Virus record (IMG/VR): IMGVR_UViG_3300050139_000074 | Location: 1 to 58,829 of that record | DNA: 58,829 nt | DNA from: a virus | Lineage: Duplodnaviria > Caudoviricetes | Strand: one strand, 5' to 3' | In this document: piece by piece, positions 1-9,393 of the stretch | How the letters are laid out: every line of letters begins with the position of its first letter | How positions within the stretch are numbered: the stretch's first letter is position 1 | The notes under the pieces: model-generated | The model's input: the letters and a program-made list of their open reading frames with translations, nothing else | Database searches by the model: none | What the model was told of the DNA's origin: nothing | Translations under genes and position numbers: made by a program

Positions 1-720
1 GTGACTGCTCCGATCTCAGGGGTAACTGCTCCGGTCTCAGGGGTAACTGCTCCGGTCTCAGGGGTAACTGCTCCGGTCTCAGTGGTAACTGCTCCGGTCT
101 CAGTGGTGACTGCTCCGGTCTCAGTGGTGACTGCTCCGATCTCAGTGGTAACTGCTCCGGTCTCAGTGGTGACTGCTCCGATCTCAGGGGTAACTGCTCC
201 GATCTCAGGGGTAACGTCTCCGATCTCAGTGGTAACTGCTCCGGTCTCAGGGGTGACTGCTCCGATCTCAGGGGTGACTGCTCCGATCTCAGGGGTGACT
301 GCTCCGATCTCAGGGGTAACTGCTCCGGTCTCAGTGGTGACTGCTCCGGTCTCAGTGGTGACTGCTCCGATCTCAGGGGTGACTGCTCCGGTCTCAGGGG
401 TGACTGCTCCGGTCTCAGGGGTGACTGCTCCGATCTCAGTGGTAACTGCTCCGGTCTCAGGGGTGACTGCTCCGGTCTCAGGGGTGACTGCTCCGGTCTC
501 AGGGGTGACTGCTCCGATCTCAGGGGTAACTGCTCCGGTCTCAGGGGTAACTGCTCCGGTCTCAGGGGTAACTGCTCCGGTCTCAGGGGTAACTGCTCCG
601 GTCTCAGGGGTAACTGCTCCGGTCTCAGTGGTAACTGCTCCGGTCTCAGTGGTGACTGCTCCGATCTCAGTGGTAACTGCTCCGGTCTCAGTGGTGACTG
701 CTCCGATCTCAGGGGTGACT
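1..720 (+). repeat. 21-nt tandem repeat (~34 units), consensus GGT RAC TGC TCC GRT CTC AGK
   Basis: Directly visible; units are contiguous with no spacers and vary almost only at three positions. Confidence 0.98.
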
Positions 721-788
721 TAGACGAAGCTGAAATCACAGATGAAGAAAGAGCGCAGGGGGTAAATATAAATGAACTTATCCAATAG
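3..788 (+). CDS. C-terminal part of Cys-containing heptad-repeat protein (G-D/N-C-S-G/D-L-R/S)n, ending GDLDEAEITDEERAQGVNINELIQ*
   Basis: Same frame as the ORF starting at 58316 across the contig junction; stop TAG 786-788. The ORF track frame 1..723 is the wrong frame. Confidence 0.85.
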   Translation, partial: DCSDLRGNCSGLRGNCSGLRGNCSGLSGNCSGLSGDCSGLSGDCSDLSGNCSGLSGDCSDLRGNCSDLRGNVSDLSGNCSGLRGDCSDLRGDCSDLRGDCSDLRGNCSGLSGDCSGLSGDCSDLRGDCSGLRGDCSGLRGDCSDLSGNCSGLRGDCSGLRGDCSGLRGDCSDLRGNCSGLRGNCSGLRGNCSGLRGNCSGLRGNCSGLSGNCSGLSGDCSDLSGNCSGLSGDCSDLRGDLDEAEITDEERAQGVNINELIQ

Positions 789-1110
789 GCAGCAAGATGT
801 GGTAACCATGTGTGACTCAGCACTCAAAGAGGCAGGGCTCAATACTTACACCATGCTCGGTGAGACGTGCGGCTTCTTGGGTGCCCAGGCTCTCGAAGCG
901 GTGCAGATCGCAAAGGACCTGATGACCAAGGTCCAGGCAAAGGGCGAGAACGAGAAGAGGAACCCTGAGCTGGTGGGGCTGAGAACCCACCTCGTACCCG
1001 GTTGCGATGCAACTACGTTACTTATGGCCCAGATGTGCCTGGATGAGCTCATCGATCTTCGAGAGACGGGGATGACGCCCCGCATCGATCCTACGGAGCT
1101 GCAGAAGTGA
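772..1110 (+). CDS. hypothetical protein
   Basis: 112-aa ORF, stop overlaps polymerase start (GTGA). Confidence 0.7.
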   Translation: MNLSNRQQDVVTMCDSALKEAGLNTYTMLGETCGFLGAQALEAVQIAKDLMTKVQAKGENEKRNPELVGLRTHLVPGCDATTLLMAQMCLDELIDLRETGMTPRIDPTELQK

Positions 1111-3158
1111 AGATTCTAACTATCGACTTCGAAACGTTTTGGGATATTGACTTCACCCTGTCCAAGATGACGACCGAGGCGTACGTAAGAGACGCCAGGT
1201 TCAAGACTCATCTTGTAGGTGTGAAGAACGGAGATGCCGAGACGGTGATCCTCCCTGCCAACAGGATACAGGAGATCTTTAACAAGATTGATTGGGCAGA
1301 TACCGCCGTACTCTGCCAGCACGCACACTTCGACGGCCTGATCCTCTCCCACGGCTACGACGTTCATCCTGCGTTCTTCTTTGACACGCTCTCAATGTTT
1401 CGGCACCTTTACCCGGCGGAGAGTGCCTCGCTTATGAACCAGACCAAAGTTTTAGGGCTGCCGGCCAAGGGCAATGGCTATGACATTGTGAACACGAAAG
1501 GACTTACCTCCTTCACACCACAAGAATACGCCTCCTGCGCGGCATACTGCAAACTGGACTGTGATCTCACTTGGCGCATCTTTAATATCCTGAAGCCGAA
1601 GTTCCCCGTCTCCGAGATGCGCCTCATCGACATGACAGTGAAGATGTTCACAGACCCGATTCTCAGGCTAAACGTGGATCTGCTGGAAGAAGCGAAGCAG
1701 GATGAGATAGAGACTAAGAGGCTGCTTATGGAGCGAGTGGCGCACGACAAGGATGCGCTTGCTTCAAACCCTAAGTTTGCCAACATCCTCATGTCCATAG
1801 GCATTGATCCACCAAAGAAGATCAGCCCCGCCGCTATAAAGAACGGCAAGGTGCATGCGGAGACCGCAGGAGAGGCACCTATTGGCATCATCCCCACGTT
1901 GACCAAAAAAGAAAAAGCGGAGTACTTGGAGCGCGAAGGGGTTCCGCACGTCTCTGATGTTTGGGCCTACGCCTTCGGGAAGAGCGACGAAGAGTTTAAA
2001 CGGATGCTGGAGCATGATGACCCCACGGTCAGGGCACTCGTAGAGGCCAGGATGGGGGTGAAGTCTACCATCAAGAGCACCAGGACCGAAAGGTTCCTCG
2101 GTATCGCGGAGCGGGGGCCATGGCCGGTGTACTTAAACTATGCTGGTGCCCACACGCTCCGTTGGAGCGGCGGTGATAAGATGAACCCACAAAACCTCGT
2201 GCGTGGTAGTAAGCTCCGGGAATCCATTGAGGCTCCTGAAGGGCATGTCATAGTGGTGCGCGACCTCTCAGCAATCGAAGCGAGGGTACTTGCCTGGCTC
2301 TCGGGGCAGGAGGATGTTGTCGAGACTTTCCGACGCGGGGAGGACGTATACTGTGACATGTTCAAGTCGATCTCGGGGCGGGTAATAACCAAGAAAGATG
2401 CAAGTGAACGCTTCCTCGGAAAAGTTGTGGTTCTCGGTTGCGGATACCAGATGTCGTGGAAAAAGCTGCAGTCCATGCTCCGCATCGGGATGCTTGGAGA
2501 CTCAGGAAGAATCCTCGGGGAAGACATCGCCACCCCACTCGGAGTGAACCTTCAAGGGTTCCTCCACCGCTTCGCCGGGTACGTACAAGAGACATTACCC
2601 CCCGGTGGGGATCTCGCCGCCCATGCACTCCATTGTGCCTGTACTGAGGCAATTATCCGAGCGTTCAGAGACAATAAGCCGATGATCCCCCGTTTCTGGC
2701 AGACCTGCCAGGAGAGCTTTGAGTACATACTCCGAGGGGAGTCGTTCAAGTTTGGTCGGTTCGGAGTAGTAGAGACTTGCCGGGAAGGACTCAAGCTGCC
2801 GTCGGGTATGCTCCTGAGATACACCGAGCTTGAGTGCAAGGCCGAGGGCCGGCGCAAGGAGTACTCCATCCTGAAGAATCGTAGGAAGGGGGAACGGGGT
2901 AAAATGTATGGGGGTCTCTGCTGCGAGAACATCGTCCAGAGGCTATCCAGGGACATCATCGCGGAGCACATGCTGAAGATCGGCGCCCGGTATCATGTCG
3001 CTACCATGACCCACGATGAGATTGTCTGTGTCGTTCCAGAAGAACGGGCAGAGGAGTGCTACTCCTTCATGGGGGTGGTTATGGCTACACCACCAGTATG
3101 GGCTCCTGACCTGCCTCTGGGTTCCGAGGGGGGCTTCGCCCGGAACTACAGCAAATGA
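1107..3158 (+). CDS. polA: family A DNA polymerase with 3'-5' exonuclease
   Basis: ExoI IDFET, motif A DLSAIEARV, motif B RFLGKVVVLGCGY (Leu at the E. coli 762-equivalent position), motif C THDEIV. Confidence 0.95.
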   Translation: MKILTIDFETFWDIDFTLSKMTTEAYVRDARFKTHLVGVKNGDAETVILPANRIQEIFNKIDWADTAVLCQHAHFDGLILSHGYDVHPAFFFDTLSMFRHLYPAESASLMNQTKVLGLPAKGNGYDIVNTKGLTSFTPQEYASCAAYCKLDCDLTWRIFNILKPKFPVSEMRLIDMTVKMFTDPILRLNVDLLEEAKQDEIETKRLLMERVAHDKDALASNPKFANILMSIGIDPPKKISPAAIKNGKVHAETAGEAPIGIIPTLTKKEKAEYLEREGVPHVSDVWAYAFGKSDEEFKRMLEHDDPTVRALVEARMGVKSTIKSTRTERFLGIAERGPWPVYLNYAGAHTLRWSGGDKMNPQNLVRGSKLRESIEAPEGHVIVVRDLSAIEARVLAWLSGQEDVVETFRRGEDVYCDMFKSISGRVITKKDASERFLGKVVVLGCGYQMSWKKLQSMLRIGMLGDSGRILGEDIATPLGVNLQGFLHRFAGYVQETLPPGGDLAAHALHCACTEAIIRAFRDNKPMIPRFWQTCQESFEYILRGESFKFGRFGVVETCREGLKLPSGMLLRYTELECKAEGRRKEYSILKNRRKGERGKMYGGLCCENIVQRLSRDIIAEHMLKIGARYHVATMTHDEIVCVVPEERAEECYSFMGVVMATPPVWAPDLPLGSEGGFARNYSK

Positions 3159-3322
3159 TCAAACACATAACCCCAGAGCATCCTGATTTCGCAGAGATCT
3201 CGAAGCGGGTAACGCCAATTGAGAAGGTGAAAGATCAGGCGTTCCCGAGAACAAGTATCTACGCTGAACGTGAGACGTCGTATAAGACAAGTCGGACTCG
3301 GAAGGAGACGATGGACAAATGA
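3155..3322 (+). CDS. small hypothetical protein (55 aa, MIKHITPEHPDFAEI...)
   Basis: ATGA overlap with polA stop; fills the gap exactly; below ORF-track cutoff. Confidence 0.65.
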   Translation: MIKHITPEHPDFAEISKRVTPIEKVKDQAFPRTSIYAERETSYKTSRTRKETMDK

Positions 3323-3372
3323 GAGAAGAAGACGAGAGCAGGGAGACTGATGCCTCCGAGGAGGAAACCAGA

Positions 3373-3804
3373 ATGAGCTACAAATGTGACCACAAATGGA
3401 ATCTATTAGATCGAAATAGTGGTGGATATTATTACTGTTTCAATTGCAATTCTGTGATATCTTTAGAAGTTTATCAAACAATAGCCGGACTAGAACAAGA
3501 GCGCAACGAAGCCAAAGCGGAAATCGTAGCACTAAAGGAAATTATAAGAGCCTCGTGTTCTGATATGGATGGTTTCGACAGGCGATATAAATGCCCTGAA
3601 ATTCGCGAGTCAAAAGCGGAAATAGATCGGCTGAATAACAAGATCAAGGAATTGATCGAGGAGGCTGACGACGATCATAATGAGATAGAGCGGCTGAAAG
3701 ACGGCCTGATAAAGATCAAATTAATCACTGAACCGCGCGATAGTGGCATGGGGCATGAATGTTGGAAGATTGCCAAATCCGCATTAGAAAGGGAACCAGA
3801 ATGA
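3373..3804 (+). CDS. hypothetical coiled-coil protein with N-terminal Cys/His zinc-ribbon-like motif
   Basis: GAGGAGG RBS before ATG 3373; CDH...CFNC; lower GC. Confidence 0.65.
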   Translation: MSYKCDHKWNLLDRNSGGYYYCFNCNSVISLEVYQTIAGLEQERNEAKAEIVALKEIIRASCSDMDGFDRRYKCPEIRESKAEIDRLNNKIKELIEEADDDHNEIERLKDGLIKIKLITEPRDSGMGHECWKIAKSALEREPE

Positions 3805-4181
3805 AGGAGATATTTGATAAACTGGTTAAAATTGCAAAAGAACAAATCGAATCATTTAATGATTTTTCAGACGACAGGGCGATAGTGTGGGCTGATAATG
3901 AAATTAAGCGGCTTCAATCAGAAATATCCGCCCTTAAACTCCAACTCTCAGGCCGCACCTATTGCCGTAGCGATGAGGCGGTAGAAGCGAGGTGTAAGGA
4001 GTTGGAAATCAGATGCACCAACTTCCAGATCGGTTTGCAAGCCATTGCAAGCGATGCCGAAACTCAAACATCTGGAAACTTTGGGATGAAACGACTTTCA
4101 GGGTATGCTCGGGATACATTGTCCGGCGTTGAATGGCTTGATGAGTTCGCAAAAGATGAGCCTCCTACGAGGCGCAGTTGA
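3801..4181 (+). CDS. hypothetical protein
   Basis: ATGA overlap with previous ORF. Confidence 0.6.
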   Translation: MKEIFDKLVKIAKEQIESFNDFSDDRAIVWADNEIKRLQSEISALKLQLSGRTYCRSDEAVEARCKELEIRCTNFQIGLQAIASDAETQTSGNFGMKRLSGYARDTLSGVEWLDEFAKDEPPTRRS

Positions 4182-4260
4182 CCTCACGCCTCCGGCGCCG
4201 TGCCGTCGTTACACGCCTGGAGATCCTGGGTTCGAAGAATTGAGAAAATTATACGCTTGA
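4156..4260 (+). CDS. small hypothetical protein (34 aa, ...RYTPGDPGFEELRKLYA)
   Basis: Read manually; shares a TPxxPxFxE motif with 3155..3322. Confidence 0.4.
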   Translation: MSLLRGAVDLTPPAPCRRYTPGDPGFEELRKLYA

Positions 4261-4329
4261 TGTGGGAAATTTGTTCAATCTGTGGGTGCGCCTACTATGC
4301 ACAAAAAGAGACGTACGAAAATAAAATTC

Positions 4330-4364
4330 TTGACAAACAAAGATTATGTGTTAAGCTCTTTACA
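4330..4364 (+). promoter_or_regulatory. sigma70-like promoter with overlapping palindromic operator
   Basis: TTGACA-16-TAAGCT; TGTTAAGCTCTTTACA at 4349-4364; AAGGAGG RBS follows. Confidence 0.8.
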
Positions 4365-4385
4365 AATAGCTAAGGAGGTTCCAGC

Positions 4386-4574
4386 ATGCGACTGACCAAT
4401 GAGAGACGAGATTTAATCCTGAACAAGACAGTAATGGGCGTTTTTGCATCGCCCAGACCCAAGAAGACCCTGCTCCAAGTTGACGAAGAGATTGATGCCG
4501 CGCGGCGCCGGCAGCGTGAGGCGAGGAAGCGCGTTCAGGCGCTGGACCGGCCTGAGAAGAAGGGGATGATATGA
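4386..4574 (+). CDS. hypothetical protein
   Basis: Strong RBS AAGGAGG, first gene after promoter. Confidence 0.7.
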   Translation: MRLTNERRDLILNKTVMGVFASPRPKKTLLQVDEEIDAARRRQREARKRVQALDRPEKKGMI

Positions 4575-4765
4575 CTGAGCAAGAGGCACGGCAAAAATGG
4601 TGCCCAGTGGTACGCGCCGAGAACGGTGCCAATCACACCTTTAAAATGGGTGCTAATGAGTGCTACAATGTATGCATAGGTTCTCGGTGTATGATGTGGC
4701 GTGATCAAGGCTCAGGGCCAAGAGGAAGTGGATATTGCGGTCTCGGGGGCAAACCATGCTTCTAG
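4571..4765 (+). CDS. small Cys-rich hypothetical protein
   Basis: KWCP...CIGSRCMMWR...GYCGLGG; ATGA overlap. Confidence 0.7.
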   Translation: MTEQEARQKWCPVVRAENGANHTFKMGANECYNVCIGSRCMMWRDQGSGPRGSGYCGLGGKPCF

Positions 4766-5760
4766 CCCACCAACTTACATATCCACAGCTCTTCACCGCG
4801 AAAGAAGGTGTCATCACACGACAAGGGGTAATGATCGGTGGCCCGGACCGGCGGCACATGGACGACAACGCCGTGGTTAGCTGGCTATACTGGCAGAAGG
4901 AGGTTCAATTCGCTTCCAAAGAGCCGGGAGTCGTGCCGCCTGCAGTAATGAGTTACTTCCAGACAACGAAGCATCTTAATCGACCGCCCAAGGAGGGTGA
5001 TGTGAATATTTTAGGAACTGATGTGGTTGAAGATGCTATTATCATCGCGACAAAGGTGCAGTTCACCCCGCCCAGATTCACCTGGAGCCACACAGCTCTC
5101 GACCAGTTCCTCAACACTTGTGCCTGTCAGGCTGCCGCCGCACGGTATTTCAAGACAACCTCGTATCAGGAGACTGAAGCGACTCGTGCAGGGAACCGAG
5201 TGCATAAGGCAGGCGAGAACTACCTGCTGAACCCCACCGCAGCAACTGCGGCGATCCTCGACAAGGAGGAGCCAAGGGCGAGGAAGTTTGATGATCTCAT
5301 TCTCAATGCTGCGGCAAAGTCCGGCGGGGTGCTCCTCGTTGAGAAGAAGATGTGCGTCAATGATAAGTGGAAGACTACCGGGTACTTCGACTCCGATGCT
5401 TGGGGCCGGGGTGCTGCTGACATCGCGCTCATTCGTGGAGAGACTGCCAACATATGGGACAGGAAGACTGGGAAGCGGAAGGATAACCCACAGCAGCTCC
5501 GTCTGATGATTCTCTTCCTCGCCCTCTACTACCCCGAAGTGCAGGAGTTCAACGCGGCGAATATCTGGTATAAATATGCAGAGCCGGTGCAGAGCATACC
5601 GACTGTGAAACGGGCAGAGGTTAAAGAGATCTTCCTTGAGACGCGGAGCATGATCGAGAGAGTACAGGCGATGTGGGAGTCAGGTAACTTCCCGGCGAGG
5701 AAGTCGGGTCTCTGCCGTCAGTGGTGCCCTAATACTGCTTGCCCACATTGCGGGCGTTAA
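4756..5760 (+). CDS. Cas4/RecB-like PD-(D/E)xK exonuclease with N-terminal extension
   Basis: WSHT..C, GNRVH, E..RGAAD..DRKTGK..QL, C-terminal CRQWC...C cluster; start uncertain. Confidence 0.85.
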   Translation: MLLAHQLTYPQLFTAKEGVITRQGVMIGGPDRRHMDDNAVVSWLYWQKEVQFASKEPGVVPPAVMSYFQTTKHLNRPPKEGDVNILGTDVVEDAIIIATKVQFTPPRFTWSHTALDQFLNTCACQAAAARYFKTTSYQETEATRAGNRVHKAGENYLLNPTAATAAILDKEEPRARKFDDLILNAAAKSGGVLLVEKKMCVNDKWKTTGYFDSDAWGRGAADIALIRGETANIWDRKTGKRKDNPQQLRLMILFLALYYPEVQEFNAANIWYKYAEPVQSIPTVKRAEVKEIFLETRSMIERVQAMWESGNFPARKSGLCRQWCPNTACPHCGR

Positions 5761-5788
5761 ATTAATTTAACAAAAAAGGAGCTGAAAC

Positions 5789-5983
5789 ATGGAAATGGAA
5801 GCCGTTGAATCAAGTGCAGTGTCGGCCTTGGGGTACGAGGCCGATTCAGAGGTAATGATGGTCCGGTTCAAAACAGGGGCTGAGTACGTCTATCACAACG
5901 TATCATATGATACGTTCATGTCCATCAAGGAGTCTCCGTCCATCGGGCGGGAGATCCGGAAATATCAAGGGGTGGCTGCGTGA
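5789..5983 (+). CDS. KTSC domain protein
   Basis: VESSAV..GY....V.FK.G..Y.Y..V........SPSIG pattern. Confidence 0.9.
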   Translation: MEMEAVESSAVSALGYEADSEVMMVRFKTGAEYVYHNVSYDTFMSIKESPSIGREIRKYQGVAA

Positions 5984-6612
5984 GTAAAAAAATACTCGGG
6001 ATTTCAGGCAAGAGTGCATCCGGAAAAACGACCTTCGCAGACCTCGCAGTCAAAGAGTTCGGAGCGACGAAGCTCTCATTCGCTTCTTCCTTGAAAGAGG
6101 AAGTCGCAGAGTTTCTCACGAAGCTCAACGTGGCCTTTGAGCCACGGCATCTGTACGGCGTAGCCGCTGATAAAGAAGAGACGTTCATCGTGGAGCATAT
6201 TGAGTGGGAGCATCTAACTACACATGAATTCTCCGCAATCTTCCTGCACCACATGGGGCTCTCGCCCTGTGGCAAGTTCCTCACGCTGTCCTACCGGCCC
6301 CTGATGCAGCTCTGGGGCACTGAGTACCGGAGAGCGCAGGACGAGGCGTACTGGACGAAAAAGTTGCAGGAGAGGGTGCAGAGCACCGAGGGGCTCATAG
6401 TCATCGATGACGTACGGTTCAAGGACGAGGCCGAGATGATCGAGGATCTGGGCGGCACGCTGATACGGGCGGTACGAGGCCATTCGGCCTCTAAGCATCC
6501 TTCGGAGACGGAGCTTGACGACTTCAACCGGTTCTCCTGGATGATTCAGAATTACGAAGGGCTACCTGAGTACGAGAACGAGGTACGCCGCTGTTTGGGG
6601 GTTCTTTTATGA
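5980..6612 (+). CDS. deoxynucleoside monophosphate kinase
   Basis: GISGKSASGKTT, SFA..LK, MQLWGTEYRR, DDVRF..E, HPSE. Confidence 0.9.
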   Translation: MSKKILGISGKSASGKTTFADLAVKEFGATKLSFASSLKEEVAEFLTKLNVAFEPRHLYGVAADKEETFIVEHIEWEHLTTHEFSAIFLHHMGLSPCGKFLTLSYRPLMQLWGTEYRRAQDEAYWTKKLQERVQSTEGLIVIDDVRFKDEAEMIEDLGGTLIRAVRGHSASKHPSETELDDFNRFSWMIQNYEGLPEYENEVRRCLGVLL

Positions 6613-6866
6613 TTGAGGTATTTGCGCGGCGGGCCACTCTCGCAGTGATGTGGGGCACTGTTCTTTACTTCGGAATCGCCCTGATTGCACATGTACATAA
6701 TAAGAATGTCGCTGAGAAGTTTCACAAGTGCGCTAGGTGCCACTGTACCCCTCCGCCGATTATAAAGAACCTGCGTGAGTACAAGGACGTACACCAGAAT
6801 AGGCAGACGGACAGGGCGAGGCAGATTAGGGTGCAGCTCGCAGAGCTCGTGAGGGTGCCAGAATGA
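6609..6866 (+). CDS. hypothetical membrane protein
   Basis: N-terminal hydrophobic segment, CARCH motif, ATGA overlaps both sides. Confidence 0.6.
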   Translation: MIEVFARRATLAVMWGTVLYFGIALIAHVHNKNVAEKFHKCARCHCTPPPIIKNLREYKDVHQNRQTDRARQIRVQLAELVRVPE

Positions 6867-7231
6867 CCCCAGAGAACAAGGTTAAGAAAGAGCTTCGCTC
6901 GTACCTCGAAATGATAGGCTGCGTCCCGGCAGCAAAGGCAGCACTTGCTACGCCGGCGCATCACGGTTGGTACTTCATGCCTGTGCCTATGGGCACAGGA
7001 GTCTCCGGTATCGCCGACGTCATCGGGCACTATAAGGGGCGGCTCTTCGCCATCGAGGTCAAGGCACCGGGTCGGCGAGGGCAGAAAGATCGAGGCATGT
7101 CAGCACATCAGGTGCATCAGTCCGAGGCGATACGCCTCTCCGGCGGGTTCTCTATGTGCTTCGACGGCGGTGAGTATGATTGGTTGGTTTTGAAGAATTG
7201 GGTGAAAGAGGTAACGCATGCTAACCGATGA
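6863..7231 (+). CDS. VRR-NUC domain nuclease (putative Holliday junction resolvase)
   Basis: TPE.KVK, GIAD, AIEVKAP, Q. Confidence 0.9.
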   Translation: MTPENKVKKELRSYLEMIGCVPAAKAALATPAHHGWYFMPVPMGTGVSGIADVIGHYKGRLFAIEVKAPGRRGQKDRGMSAHQVHQSEAIRLSGGFSMCFDGGEYDWLVLKNWVKEVTHANR

Positions 7232-7418
7232 ACAGATTTTACAGATCGCTAAAGAGAAGGCGTTCTTTGGCCTTTACGGACCGAGTAAACTTACTGATAT
7301 GGGTAACGGCACCGCGAGGTGCCTACCATCTACTACGTTGACCTACTTTGGCGAGAATCTTCTATGCTTCGCTAGAGCTGTTGAGCTATTGGTGATGAAG
7401 GAGGTTGATCATGTGTGA
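7218..7418 (+). CDS. hypothetical protein
   Basis: GAGG RBS; LTDEQI...FARAVE. Confidence 0.65.
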   Translation: MLTDEQILQIAKEKAFFGLYGPSKLTDMGNGTARCLPSTTLTYFGENLLCFARAVELLVMKEVDHV

Positions 7419-7433
7419 TATGATGTTGTACGG

Positions 7434-7616
7434 GTGCGGTTCTTGAAGGGAATTTATGTTGATCCTTTTGCGCAGCCCTACATCCCACCTGAAGGCACGA
7501 AACCTCCTGCGGAGCAGATTGCCTTTGCCCGCTACGTCAATGCGAAGCAAGCGTTCAAGTCGCTCACTTGGGAGGAGTACGATTATAATCCTGAGAACCG
7601 AAAGGCGAAGTCTTGA
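7434..7616 (+). CDS. hypothetical protein
   Basis: Stop overlaps helicase start; start uncertain. Confidence 0.5.
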   Translation: MRFLKGIYVDPFAQPYIPPEGTKPPAEQIAFARYVNAKQAFKSLTWEEYDYNPENRKAKS

Positions 7617-9166
7617 AACCACGCATCGTAAACTCCCACATAATATTCACCCCAGAAGATCCTTCCAAGATCGCGCCGGTGTTCCCAGGGTTCAAGCAAG
7701 CCATGATCGACGGGCAACTCGTCTGCGCCGTGCCTTTGGGTCTCGACTCTGCCAGGCTTCTCCGCAACATGGGTATTGAGGCACCAAGTCCTATTCGTAC
7801 CGAATATAATTGGCCGATCATACCGGGCCGTACACCCGGCTGGTGGCAGATAGATACTGCGGAGTTCTTCACACTGAACCCGAGATGCTTCTGCCTCAAT
7901 CTCCCGAGAACTCGGAAGACCCACTCATCGCTCTGGGCCGTAGATTACATGCAGAAGATTGGCAAAATGGGTCGCTGTCTCGTAGTGGCGCCGCTCTCCA
8001 CATTGGAGATTGTCTGGACCGACACCATCTTTATGAATTTCCCTGGTAAGAGTTACGCTGTACTCCACGGCTCCGCCGAACGGCGCCGGATGCTCCTCGC
8101 GCAGAAACATGACATCTATGTCATTAACCATGACGGGGTTGAGATACTGCAAGAAGAGCTGAGGGCGCGGAACGACATCACGCATATCGTGATCGACGAG
8201 ATCAGGACGTTTTTTAACGCAAAAACTAAGCGGTGGAAGGCGATGAAGTCCATCATTACACCTGAACGTACTGCATGGGGCTTAACCGGGACTCCAACAC
8301 CCAACGCTCCGACTGATGCTTACGGACAGATGAAACTAATCAAGCCTGAGAACTTCAACGGTTCATTCACAGCGTTCAAGAACACGATAATGCAGCAGTT
8401 CGGAACTTATAGTTGGGTGCCCCGCAGAGGGCATGAAGAGATCGTCAAGAAGTGCCTCTCGCCGGCAATACGTTTCGACCGGTCGGTTGTCACCGATATG
8501 GAGCCACAGCTCATTGAGCGGCATGTTGAGCTGACTGCGCAGCAGCGGCATCATCTTACTGAGTTGCTAAAGCAATCGGTGACAGAGATCAACGGTTCGG
8601 TGGTCACCGCTGTTAATGCTGCGGTGCTCATCCAGAAGGTCGTGCAGGCATCGCTCGGCTGCGTTTACGGTGCCGGCGGAGAGATACTTGAGATTGACTT
8701 TGGGCCACGGCTCAGAGTCGTGGAGGATCTGATCACTGAGAACTCAGATTCCAAGACTATCGTGTTCTTCCCTTTTACCGGAGCTCTTGATGCCTTCGCT
8801 CGCGAACTCAGCAAGAAGTGGAGCGTCGCCGTCGTTGACGGTGGAGTGAGCGCAGGGAAACGGACTCAGATCTTCGGCGACTTCCAGAAGAAAAAAGACC
8901 CTCATATCCTTGTGGCGCATCCAGGGTGCATGGCGCACGGATTGGAGCTCACCGCCGCGAGCCTCATCATCTGGGCAGCGCCGTGTAATAACTCCGACAC
9001 TTACGGGCAGGCGTGCGCACGCATCGACGGTGGTGGGCAGAAACTCAGGATCGACATCTGCCATGTGTCGGCTACGCCGACCGAGCGTAGGATCTATGCC
9101 GCAGTGCGTGAGAAGAGAAAGCTGCAAGATGTGGTGTGCGAATTATTTATGAAGAAAGGAAATTAA
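7613..9166 (+). CDS. SNF2-family helicase/ATPase
   Basis: VVAPLS, IDE, LTGTP, HGLELT, QACARI motifs. Confidence 0.9.
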   Translation: MKPRIVNSHIIFTPEDPSKIAPVFPGFKQAMIDGQLVCAVPLGLDSARLLRNMGIEAPSPIRTEYNWPIIPGRTPGWWQIDTAEFFTLNPRCFCLNLPRTRKTHSSLWAVDYMQKIGKMGRCLVVAPLSTLEIVWTDTIFMNFPGKSYAVLHGSAERRRMLLAQKHDIYVINHDGVEILQEELRARNDITHIVIDEIRTFFNAKTKRWKAMKSIITPERTAWGLTGTPTPNAPTDAYGQMKLIKPENFNGSFTAFKNTIMQQFGTYSWVPRRGHEEIVKKCLSPAIRFDRSVVTDMEPQLIERHVELTAQQRHHLTELLKQSVTEINGSVVTAVNAAVLIQKVVQASLGCVYGAGGEILEIDFGPRLRVVEDLITENSDSKTIVFFPFTGALDAFARELSKKWSVAVVDGGVSAGKRTQIFGDFQKKKDPHILVAHPGCMAHGLELTAASLIIWAAPCNNSDTYGQACARIDGGGQKLRIDICHVSATPTERRIYAAVREKRKLQDVVCELFMKKGN

Positions 9167-9167
9167 G

Positions 9168-9383
9168 ATGCGCCCAGACCCAGTAACCAGAAACACCATC
9201 CAAGCGAAGCACGACAGAACCAAGTTCATGCTGGAGAAACTCGAAGATCAACTTGCCAGAGGCTCCATTGAGAACTCATTTGCCGAAGAGTTCGTACCGT
9301 CGATCAGAGCGCGACTCAACGCAGGTATCCCATTGACCGACAAGCAACTTTCCACACTTGAAAAATTATTTGAGCAGTACTGA
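9168..9383 (+). CDS. hypothetical protein
   Basis: AAGGA RBS; FV.SI......LTDKQ...LEK. Confidence 0.7.
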   Translation: MRPDPVTRNTIQAKHDRTKFMLEKLEDQLARGSIENSFAEEFVPSIRARLNAGIPLTDKQLSTLEKLFEQY

Positions 9384-9393
9384 AATAAAACTC

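Noticed and set aside
1-720. CRISPR array or biological terminal repeat/telomere
   Set aside because: No spacers; unit is a multiple of three and coding; position at ends is explained by an assembly break
1-720. Multiple RGD integrin-binding motifs in the repeat protein
   Set aside because: By-product of the R/S and D/N switches; gene is early and has no secretion or virion context
1-723. ORF-track protein (VTAPVSG)n
   Set aside because: Wrong frame: promoter, RBS and ATG at 58316 lead into the GDCSGLR frame, which also reads on into a unique C-terminal cap
1107-3158. Temperate lifestyle inferred from Leu762-type polymerase
   Set aside because: Only a loose correlation; no integrase, att site or partition genes recognised
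4756-5760. Cas4 as part of a CRISPR-Cas system
   Set aside because: No cas1/cas2, effector or array; solo Cas4-like nucleases are ordinary in phage replication modules
5756-5771. Palindrome GTTAAATTAATTTAAC as a fourth operator
   Set aside because: Half-site spacing differs by 2 bp from the three operators and no -35 element precedes it
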